From positions 1 to 40,193 of the forward strand of contig JACRPD010000023.1 of NCBI GenBank assembly GCA_016214105.1: 40,193 bases of DNA. Direction: 5' to 3'. This DNA is from Candidatus Magasanikiibacteriota bacterium (GTDB lineage Bacteria; Patescibacteriota; Patescibacteriia; Magasanikbacterales; UBA922). Position numbers and translations under genes: made by a program. Positions 1 to 6,336 of the stretch are shown in pieces. Position 1 is the first letter of the stretch; each line of letters starts with the position of its first letter. Below the pieces are notes generated by a model. It ran no database searches. It was given only the letters and a program-made list of their open reading frames with translations, and was not told where the DNA came from.

Positions 1-153
1 ATGAATCCGGAAAATCGTTTGATGAAAAAAGTGGTGATTGAAGATGCCGAAGCCGCCAGTGAAATTTTTGACGTGTTGATGGGGTCCGAAGTCGCGCCCA
101 GAAAAAAGTTTATTCAGACACACGCGAAGAGTGTAAAGAATCTTGATATATAA
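1..153 (+). CDS. gyrB: DNA gyrase subunit B, C-terminal end (5' part lies outside the window)
   Basis: Frame 1 reads ...VVIEDAEAASEIFDVLMGSEVAPRKKFIQTHAKSVKNLDI*. This matches the conserved GyrB tail pattern LMG.EV.PR..FI...A.....DI. Stop TAA at 151-153. Confidence 0.85.
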   Translation: MNPENRLMKKVVIEDAEAASEIFDVLMGSEVAPRKKFIQTHAKSVKNLDI

Positions 154-187
154 AGCCCACCAATACCGCGACCACTAATAAAAAAAA

Positions 188-222
188 CCGTCTCTGTTTT
201 GCGTAGGGACGGTTTTTGTTTT
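188..222. terminator. Bidirectional intrinsic terminator between convergent gyrB and the 227-976 gene
   Basis: Stem CCGTCTC (188-194) pairs with GGGACGG (206-212), including one G-T pair. An A7 run lies upstream and TTTTTGTTTT downstream. Confidence 0.6.
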
Positions 223-226
223 GATT

Positions 227-976
227 TTATACTCTTTCAAATTTTTTGTGGTGGTTTTGAGCTATTTCCAAAGAAGAATCATAAATTCCATCATCGACTT
301 CCAAATTAAGTGGCTGGAACTGCGTACTATATGTAACGTCCGCGTTAGGCACTATCCTTCCTTTCAGTTTATGCTCATTTCTTCTGGCCTCGTTACCAGA
401 TTCATCAAAATAAATTATGGTGGCTTTTCCATCATAGCCCCCATCACCAACTTCGAATACGCTCTCTTCTCTTTTTATACCATTTTCGTCATAAACAAAC
501 CCGCGTGCTTTATTCACCCTTCCTTGTTGGTCCCGATCAAATACAACTTCCTCTCTCATCTTACCACCTACTTTATCCGTCTCACTAGTCACCTGACCCT
601 GTTGATTAAAATGCCTTTCAAATTTCTCCACCTTGCCTCCGACTGATATGGTGCATCCTGCAGTTTCTAATTTTCCATCCGGTCTTTGTAAATAAGAATA
701 TTCCCAACTGCCAGATGTTTTTCCATTTTCTTTTGCTACACCACCAATCTCTATATGTTGCGCGTCAGTATCAAAAAAACTCACCTGCGCTTCCAGCTTT
801 CCAGCAGCTCTGGTTTCTGTACGCAATCCCCGTTGTTCTCCCAAATGACGAATGTCTATTGGTTTTAAAATACCAGCATCTTTTCCAGCTTCCGCCGGCA
901 CTTTGCTAAAATCCGAAGAAAATTGTGCCTCCTGCCAGTCCTTTTTTACTTCGTCACCTTGATCTCTGTTTGTCAT
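227..976 (-). CDS. Hypothetical protein (249 aa, Gly/Glu/Lys-rich, no family recognised)
   Basis: Longest ORF in this region. It has its own consensus promoter (1015-1043) and a terminator. The + strand ORF 221-646 is its shadow. Confidence 0.6.
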   Translation of the reverse strand: MTNRDQGDEVKKDWQEAQFSSDFSKVPAEAGKDAGILKPIDIRHLGEQRGLRTETRAAGKLEAQVSFFDTDAQHIEIGGVAKENGKTSGSWEYSYLQRPDGKLETAGCTISVGGKVEKFERHFNQQGQVTSETDKVGGKMREEVVFDRDQQGRVNKARGFVYDENGIKREESVFEVGDGGYDGKATIIYFDESGNEARRNEHKLKGRIVPNADVTYSTQFQPLNLEVDDGIYDSSLEIAQNHHKKFERV

Positions 977-1014
977 ATGAAAAAACTAATATTAAAATTT
1001 TATTTAATAAAGAT

Positions 1015-1043
1015 AGTATAGCACATTTTACCACTTTTGTCAA
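1015..1043 (-). promoter_or_regulatory. Sigma70-type promoter for the 227-976 gene
   Basis: The minus strand reads TTGACA (1043-1038), a 17-nt spacer, then TATACT (1020-1015). Confidence 0.55.
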
Positions 1044-1089
1044 TAGCTTGGCTAAAATAAGCTAAAAAATTATGCACAGCCAGCCCCTA

Positions 1090-1118
1090 TTGACAAAACC
1101 TCGCTGTTGTTATACTAT
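1090..1118 (+). promoter_or_regulatory. Sigma70-type promoter for secE-nusG
   Basis: TTGACA at 1090-1095, followed by TATACT at 1111-1116 (15-nt spacer) or TACTAT at 1113-1118 (17-nt spacer). Confidence 0.5.
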
Positions 1119-1160
1119 ATTAACAACCAAGCGGCCAAAGGCCGTTTTAAAATAGCTAAA

Positions 1161-1244
1161 TTGACTACAGACTACAGACCACCGACTACAGATACCGACA
1201 TTGCGCGACAATCACATCCGTAGTCCGTAGACCGTAGACCAACC
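1161..1244 (+). repeat. GACTACR-heptad hairpin element, degenerate ORF-less copy, in the secE leader
   Basis: Left arm TTGACTACAGACTACAGACCACCGACTACAGATACCGAC, loop block GCGCGACAATCACATC, right arm CGTAGTCCGTAGACCGTAGACCAACC. The element ends 2 nt before the secE ATG. It is a paralogue of 1449-1530. Confidence 0.7.
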
Positions 1245-1246
1245 AT

Positions 1247-1438
1247 ATGAACATTCTCACCAAACTCAAAAACTATTTCAAAGAATCAGTCGCGGAAATG
1301 AAGAAAGTCGTCTGGCCGACAAAAAAGCAAACTACGACCTATACTTTAATCGTGATCGGCTTGAGTCTCGGCATCGCGATATTTTTTGGCATCTTGGATT
1401 ACGCTTTCAATCTCGGGCTAGAAAAAATTATTAAGTAG
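1247..1438 (+). CDS. secE: Preprotein translocase subunit SecE
   Basis: 63 aa with the motif VAEMKKVVWPTKKQ followed by one TM helix. It sits in the canonical position upstream of nusG. Confidence 0.85.
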   Translation: MNILTKLKNYFKESVAEMKKVVWPTKKQTTTYTLIVIGLSLGIAIFFGILDYAFNLGLEKIIK

Positions 1439-1448
1439 ATTATAGATG

Positions 1449-1530
1449 TTGACTACAGACCACCGACTACAAATACTGACCTCGCGCGCGCCAATCACAT
1501 CTGTAGTCCGTAGACCGTAGTCTGCAGTCA
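1449..1530 (+). repeat. GACTACR-heptad hairpin element, ORF-less copy, in the nusG leader
   Basis: Positions 1450-1460 (TGACTACAGAC) pair with 1520-1530 (GTCTGCAGTCA) at 10 of 11 positions. The inner arms are imperfect. The loop block GCGCGCGCCAATCACATC is shared with 1161-1244. Confidence 0.7.
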
Positions 1531-1552
1531 ATCATCAACAGTCCACTCACTT

Positions 1553-1972
1553 ATGGCTAAACAAAATCTCCAATTAGGCCGGCGCTGGTATGTATTGCAT
1601 ACCTACAGCGGCTATGAAGAAAACGTCAAACGCAATTTGGAACAAAGAATTGAATCCTTTGACATGCGCGACAAAATTTTCGGCGTTTTGGTGCCAAAGG
1701 AAAAAAAGATTAAAATCAAAAACGGCAAACGCAACGTGATTGAAGAAAAAATCTTCCCTGGCTATGTTTTGGTGGAGATGATCGTTACCGATGATTCGTG
1801 GTATGTAGTCAGAAACACGCCGAATGTTACCGGCTTTATCGGCTCCGGCACCACGCCAACCCCGATTGACCAGAAAGTTGACGAAGAGCGCGGAAAAGTC
1901 AAAGTGCTCGTGAACATGTTCGGCCGGGAAACTCCGGTTGAATTGGACGCGTTGCAGGTGAAGAAGATTTAG
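1553..1972 (+). CDS. nusG: Transcription antitermination factor NusG: NGN domain intact, most of the KOW domain missing
   Basis: [15 protein letters not shown]...FPGYVLVEM...[12 protein letters not shown] is a typical NGN domain. The C-terminus [25 protein letters not shown] matches the last KOW strands. Only about 10 residues join the two parts, and the protein is 139 aa versus about 180 for typical NusG. Confidence 0.85.
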   Translation: [139 protein letters not shown]

Positions 1973-1975
1973 GTT

Positions 1976-2069
1976 GGACTACGGACTACCGACTACGGCC
2001 GACCGCTGACTTGCTTACGGTTTCCACTCTCTCGTGGGGCGGTGGTCTGTAGTCCGTTGTCCGTAGTCC
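1976..2069 (+). repeat. Local hairpin formed by the left cassette arm (alternative to the long-range stem)
   Basis: Positions 1976-2004 pair with 2041-2069 at 24 Watson-Crick pairs plus 1 G-T out of 29. The loop is 36 nt. Confidence 0.65.
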
Positions 2070-2074
2070 AAAAT

Positions 2075-2446
2075 ATGTATTACCGATTTGAAAATCTCGA
2101 GGTCTGGAAGTTAGCAAGAGAATTTGTAAACCTAATTTATACACTAACAAGAAGTTTCCCAAAAGAAGAGCTCTTTGCCTTAACCAGTCAGATCAGACGC
2201 GCGGCCATTTCTATAATGTTAAATATAACCGAGGGATCTGACAGAAAATCAGACATTGAATTTATCAGGTTTTTACGCATCGCCCTTACTTCCTTGGAAG
2301 AAGTGGTTTCTGCCTTGTACATCGCCCTTGACCAAAAATACATAACACAAAAACAGTTTGATGAACTATACCCAAAAACAAATTTTTTAAGCAAAAAAAT
2401 TAACTCACTAATTAATTATTTAAACACAACTGCGATACGCAGATAA
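2075..2446 (+). CDS. Four-helix-bundle protein (23S rRNA intervening-sequence protein / Avd-like family)
   Basis: MYYRFENLEVWKLAREFVNLIYTLTRSFPKEELFALTSQIRRAAISIMLNITEGSDRKSDIEFIRFLRIALTSLEEV fits the family pattern (F..L.VW..A......Y..T..FP..E...L..Q.RRAA.S...NI.EG). The ATG at 2075 is preferred over the GTG at 2042, which lies inside the hairpin arm. Confidence 0.8.
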   Translation: MYYRFENLEVWKLAREFVNLIYTLTRSFPKEELFALTSQIRRAAISIMLNITEGSDRKSDIEFIRFLRIALTSLEEVVSALYIALDQKYITQKQFDELYPKTNFLSKKINSLINYLNTTAIRR

Positions 2447-2514
2447 AAAACGGGCTATTGCTCCAAAAGAGGCTTCTCAATAGTTCCGTAGTCTGTAGTC
2501 TGTAGTCCAACCAT

Positions 2515-2940
2515 ATGGCAAAGAAATTGATGACCCAAATCAAATTGCAAATTACCGGCGGAGCGGCTAATCCGGCGCCACCGGTCGGACCGGCTCTTGG
2601 CCAGCATGGCGTGAATATCCAGGGCTTTTGCAAAGAATTCAATGACAAAACCCAAGACCGCAAAGGCGAAACCGTGCCGGTGATTATTAATGTTTATGAA
2701 GATCGCTCGTTTAGCTTCATAACCAAAGTCGCCCCGGCCAGCGAATTGATTAAAAAAGCGATCGGCCTGCAAAAAGGCGCCGCGAACCCGTTGAAAGACA
2801 AGGTCGGCAAAATCACCAAAGCCCAACTCAGGAAAATCGCCGAGGTGAAAATGAAAGACATGAATACGGAAAATCTTGACTCGGCCGTGCGGTCTCTTGC
2901 GGGAACCGCCAGACAGATGGGAGTGCAGGTGGAAGGGTGA
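2515..2940 (+). CDS. rplK: 50S ribosomal protein L11
   Basis: Contains [37 protein letters not shown], a canonical L11 sequence. Confidence 0.97.
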   Translation: MAKKLMTQIKLQITGGAANPAPPVGPALGQHGVNIQGFCKEFNDKTQDRKGETVPVIINVYEDRSFSFITKVAPASELIKKAIGLQKGAANPLKDKVGKITKAQLRKIAEVKMKDMNTENLDSAVRSLAGTARQMGVQVEG

Positions 2941-2978
2941 TTGTTCAAAACACAAAACACAGTTAACAAAACACAACA

Positions 2979-3006
2979 AACCCGCCACGAGGCGGGTTGT
3001 TTTATT
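2979..3006 (+). terminator. Intrinsic terminator after rplK
   Basis: AACCCGCC (2979-2986), loop ACGA, GGCGGGTT (2991-2998), then GTTTTATT. Confidence 0.7.
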
Positions 3007-3015
3007 AGCCAAAGA

Positions 3016-3024
3016 TGATATAAT
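3016..3024 (+). promoter_or_regulatory. Extended -10 promoter element upstream of ldh
   Basis: TGATATAAT (TGnTATAAT). The same 9-mer occurs upstream of pilB at 22034-22042. Confidence 0.4.
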
Positions 3025-3047
3025 TAAAGAATAAACAATCAAAACCT

Positions 3048-3079
3048 TAATTCATAATTCTTGATTCATAATTCATCGT
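3048..3079 (+). repeat. CATAATT-unit tract directly upstream of the ldh ATG
   Basis: TTAATTCATAATTCTTGATTCATAATTCATCG. The same unit forms five tandem copies at 12177-12212. Confidence 0.6.
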
Positions 3080-3082
3080 TCT

Positions 3083-4000
3083 ATGATTTCACAATCCAAA
3101 ATCGCCATCATCGGCGCGGGAGCGGTTGGCGCGACCACTGCTTACACGGCCACCTTAAAAAATCTGGCCGCGGAAATATTATTAATTGACGTCAACGAAA
3201 CCAAAGAAGAGGGCGAGGTAATGGATATCGCCGATGGTTTGTGTTTGGTGGAAACCGGATGCGTCAAAGGCGCGGATTTCAAGGACGCGCGCGACGTGGA
3301 TATTATTGTCATCACCGCCGGCGCGCCGCAAAAACCTGGAGAAACTCGTTTGGACTTGGTGAAAAAGAACACAGAAATCCAAAAATCCATTTTCAAACAA
3401 ATCGGAAAATTAAAATCCACCGCGATTATTATTATGGTTGCAAACCCGGTTGATGTGTTGGCTCTTGTGGCGCAAAAACTCAGCGGTCTGCCGCGACAGC
3501 AGGTTTTCGGCAGCGGCACGACATTGGATACGACGCGGTTTAAAGCGACATTGGCGAAAAAATTAAAAGTCAGTCCGCAAAGCGTGCATGGCTATGTTTT
3601 GGGAGAGCATGGCGACAGCGAGTTCGTCGCCTGGAGCACGGTAACTGTCGGCGGCGTTCCGGTTGATAAAATAAAAGAAATAACCGCTAAAGACAAAATA
3701 GAGATTGAAAAGAAAGTCAAAAAAGAAGCGTATGAAATTATCAACCGCAAAGGCGCCACTTTTTACGGCATCGCTTTGGTGTTGTCTGATATTATTGAAG
3801 CAATTTTATATAATCAACACAAAATAATGCCGATTTCCAGCATGCTGTTAGAATGCCAAGGCGTAAACAATGTCTGTCTCGGCATGCCGGCGGTGCTGGG
3901 AAGAGGCGGGGTGGAAAAAATCTGGCCATTGCAGTTGAACGCAAAAGAAAAGAAGAAACTGCAAAATTCGGCAAAAGTTTTAAAACAATATTTAAGTTAA
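3083..4000 (+). CDS. ldh: L-lactate dehydrogenase
   Basis: Rossmann motif IAIIGAGAVG. AGAPQKPGETRLDL has Gln at the LDH/MDH discriminator position. GEHGDSE is also present. Confidence 0.88.
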   Translation: MISQSKIAIIGAGAVGATTAYTATLKNLAAEILLIDVNETKEEGEVMDIADGLCLVETGCVKGADFKDARDVDIIVITAGAPQKPGETRLDLVKKNTEIQKSIFKQIGKLKSTAIIIMVANPVDVLALVAQKLSGLPRQQVFGSGTTLDTTRFKATLAKKLKVSPQSVHGYVLGEHGDSEFVAWSTVTVGGVPVDKIKEITAKDKIEIEKKVKKEAYEIINRKGATFYGIALVLSDIIEAILYNQHKIMPISSMLLECQGVNNVCLGMPAVLGRGGVEKIWPLQLNAKEKKKLQNSAKVLKQYLS

Positions 4001-4043
4001 AATTAGAAAGTGCATAAATGAGTAGGTGTATAGGTTTATAAGT

Positions 4044-4892
4044 ATGAATGTGCATCGACCAATTTTTATTATTACAATCTTATCTGCCGCTCTCGTCCTC
4101 CTCGGCGCCGGCTGTCTTTCTAAAACTTCAAAAACAGTTGTAAACAACACGGCGACAAGCGCGGCCGAAGTGGTAAAAAAGAAACCGCAAATTGACACCT
4201 CGGCAAATCCGGCTTACGCTTATTGCAAAAAAACCGGCAATGAATTAATCATCCGCTTCAACGAAACAACCTCAAGCTCTGTCGCCTACTGCCGTTTTGT
4301 TGACACTACAGAATGCGAAGCGGAAAAATTTTTCAAACAAACCTGCGCGCCTGGGCAAGGAGCAAAAACTTACGCTTTGACGGAAAAAAATAATAATTTC
4401 GCCGCCTGCACCAATGAATACGAGCCGATCTGCGGCGCGAATGGCATAACTTATACCAACACCTGCTTGGCGCAAGTTCAGGGTATAATTATTTCCCATA
4501 CCGGCGTTTGCGCTCCAACCGAACAAAAACAAGTGGTAATAGAAAATAAAAATAGCACGGCAGAAAATACTAGCAAAAACGCTGAAAAAATCGCGGCGGT
4601 TGATAATCAAAATACAAGTGATCCGTCAGGTTGGCTCGGAATAATCAAAGACTTCGCGCTCTCCGCGCCAAAATCAAACCCGCCGGCATTTATTGAAAAA
4701 TGCGCTTATTCCGGAAATACCACCTACTACTTCTCGCCAGGTTGTGACGGTTGCGCCACCACTCTATATAACCAAAATGGCAATATCATTTGTTATCCAA
4801 GCAATGACCTTGATAACACCTGTCCGGCATATTTCACCGGCGCTTATCGGGCCAATTATTGCTCCAAAACCTGGCAGGATAACAGGCCTTGA
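4044..4892 (+). CDS. Secreted lipoprotein with a DUF333-like domain, a Kazal-type domain and a C-terminal Cys-rich domain
   Basis: Lipobox LLGAGC. NPAYAYCKKTGNE...YCRFVDTTECEAEKFF is DUF333-like. CTNEYEPICGANGITYTNTCLAQVQGIIISHTGVC fits the Kazal spacing. The ATG at 4044 is preferred over the GTG at 4026. Confidence 0.75.
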   Translation: MNVHRPIFIITILSAALVLLGAGCLSKTSKTVVNNTATSAAEVVKKKPQIDTSANPAYAYCKKTGNELIIRFNETTSSSVAYCRFVDTTECEAEKFFKQTCAPGQGAKTYALTEKNNNFAACTNEYEPICGANGITYTNTCLAQVQGIIISHTGVCAPTEQKQVVIENKNSTAENTSKNAEKIAAVDNQNTSDPSGWLGIIKDFALSAPKSNPPAFIEKCAYSGNTTYYFSPGCDGCATTLYNQNGNIICYPSNDLDNTCPAYFTGAYRANYCSKTWQDNRP

Positions 4893-4917
4893 CAATCATA
4901 AGCCAATATAGTATAAA
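4889..4917 (+). promoter_or_regulatory. Sigma70-type promoter for rplA
   Basis: TTGACA (4889-4894, overlapping the upstream stop codon), a 17-nt spacer, then TATAAA (4912-4917). Confidence 0.5.
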
Positions 4918-4986
4918 TAGGTTGCGTTTATTAACTGGTGGGACTCCGGCGGCACGTCGGAGGTTTGTACCACTAAAAAAACATAT

Positions 4987-5667
4987 ATGTCAAAACGAAT
5001 GAGGGCGTTGGCGGAGCTCGTAGAAAAAAACAAAGTCTACACCGTTGATGAAGCCGTGGCGCTGGCAAAAAAAACCAGCAACACGAAATTTGACGCTTCA
5101 ATTGAAGCGCACGTCCGTTTGGGAGTTGACCCGAAAAAAAGCGAACAGCAAATCCGAGCGACGGTCGCTCTGCCGCATGGCACCGGCAAAACAAAAAAAC
5201 TCGCCGCTTTTGTCGGACCGAATGATGAGAAGGCGGCCAAAGAGGCCGGCGCGGATTTAGTTCTGACTGAAGAAGACATTAAAAAAATAAAAGACACCGG
5301 CAAGTTTGATTTTGAAATCGCGGTCGCCACGCCGGAAATGATGCCGAAATTGGCGAGCGCGGCGAAAGTCTTGGGTCCGAAAGGTTTGATGCCGAGCCCG
5401 AAAACGGAAACTGTTGGCGCGGATCTGAAAAAAATGATCAGTGAATTAAAAAAAGGCAAATTCACTTTTAAAAACGATGATACCGGCAATATCCACCAAT
5501 CCATCGGCAAAGCGAGCTTCGCCGAAGCGCAATTGAAAGAAAATTTTATCGCTTTTATGGAAGCGCTGAAAAAAGCCAAACCATCCTCGGCTAAAGGAAC
5601 CTATATTCAAGCGGTTTACTTGTCCAGCACCATGGGGCCGGGAATAAAAGTAGAGATTATCAATTAA
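4987..5667 (+). CDS. rplA: 50S ribosomal protein L1
   Basis: Contains KFDASIEAHVRLGVDPKKSEQQIRATVALPHGTGK, a canonical L1 sequence. Confidence 0.97.
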   Translation: MSKRMRALAELVEKNKVYTVDEAVALAKKTSNTKFDASIEAHVRLGVDPKKSEQQIRATVALPHGTGKTKKLAAFVGPNDEKAAKEAGADLVLTEEDIKKIKDTGKFDFEIAVATPEMMPKLASAAKVLGPKGLMPSPKTETVGADLKKMISELKKGKFTFKNDDTGNIHQSIGKASFAEAQLKENFIAFMEALKKAKPSSAKGTYIQAVYLSSTMGPGIKVEIIN

Positions 5668-5674
5668 ACATTAA

Positions 5675-5701
5675 ACACCACCTTTTGGGTGGTGTTTTTT
5701 A
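5675..5701 (+). terminator. Intrinsic terminator after rplA
   Basis: ACACCACC (5675-5682) pairs with GGTGGTGT (5688-5695), followed by TTTTT. Confidence 0.7.
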
Positions 5702-5706
5702 ACAAC

Positions 5707-6324
5707 ATGGGATGCCCATTCTGTAATTTCGATGCTGAAATTAAATACCGGCTGTTGATCGAAACAGAACATTTTTATCTATTCCCACCTCTTGGCGCTT
5801 TTATCGAAAGTTATTTAATGATTGCCAGCAAATCACACTACGCCAATCTAAGCGTTTTGCCAATGCCGTGGATCAAAGAACTCCGCACGCTGGAACAAAC
5901 CGCGCGCAGATTTTTACTTGACACATACAAACTGCCAGTGATTGAATATGAACATGGCACTGACCCAACAAGCAATGAGAAAGCCGGCGGTTGCGTTGAG
6001 CACTTCCATCTCGCGCTAATTGCCACCAAAAAAGACGTTTTTCCAACCATAACGACGCAATTGGGATGCGGCAAACATATCAAAAATATTGATGACCTCA
6101 CGACACTATACCGGACGGAGCAACTATCCGCTTACCTATTGTACAAAGACAAAAAACATGTTATTTATTGGAATAGACCGCTAATTATAAGCCAATATAT
6201 GCGTCGTCTATTGGCCCCGGATCTGGAGAAGCAAAAATTTGATTGGCACTTCTTCCCTTTCAAAAAAAATATGGAGCGGTGTAAAAAAAAATGGAAGGCG
6301 TGGTTCAAAGACCAAACCGAATAA
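5707..6324 (+). CDS. HIT-superfamily-like protein (divergent histidine triad)
   Basis: The N-terminal CPFC resembles the Hint-type CxxC. GGCVEHFHLALI carries an HxHxA variant of the HxHxHxx motif. The ATG at 5707 is preferred because the GTG at 5689 lies inside the rplA terminator. Confidence 0.55.
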   Translation: MGCPFCNFDAEIKYRLLIETEHFYLFPPLGAFIESYLMIASKSHYANLSVLPMPWIKELRTLEQTARRFLLDTYKLPVIEYEHGTDPTSNEKAGGCVEHFHLALIATKKDVFPTITTQLGCGKHIKNIDDLTTLYRTEQLSAYLLYKDKKHVIYWNRPLIISQYMRRLLAPDLEKQKFDWHFFPFKKNMERCKKKWKAWFKDQTE

Positions 6325-6336
6325 ATTAGATAGAAT

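Larger units (their letters stand above)
1972..2512 (+). mobile_element. IVS-like cassette: a long-range stem enclosing a four-helix-bundle gene, inserted between nusG and rplK
   Basis: Positions 1972-1998 pair with 2486-2512 at 25 Watson-Crick pairs plus 1 G-T out of 27 (hand pairing). The cassette begins on the last base of the nusG stop codon and ends 2 nt before the rplK ATG. Confidence 0.55.

Noticed and set aside
2075-2446. The four-helix-bundle gene as the Avd component of a diversity-generating retroelement.
   Set aside because: No reverse transcriptase ORF and no template/variable repeat pair with adenine-specific differences are visible anywhere in the window. The gene is instead bracketed by an IVS-type stem.
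2455-3042. Long antisense or overlapping ORFs in the track. Examples: 221-646 (+), 2412-2663 (-), 2455-3042 (-), 3142-3519 (-), 5037-5579 (-), 8602-9048 (-), 11003-11361 (-), 18851-19234 (-), 24200-24595 (-), 38155-38544 (+).
   Set aside because: Each lies opposite or out of frame to a gene with clear family motifs (rplK, ldh, rplA, dCMP deaminase, folA, pilC and others). Their translations are low-complexity with no recognisable motifs. They are shadow ORFs.
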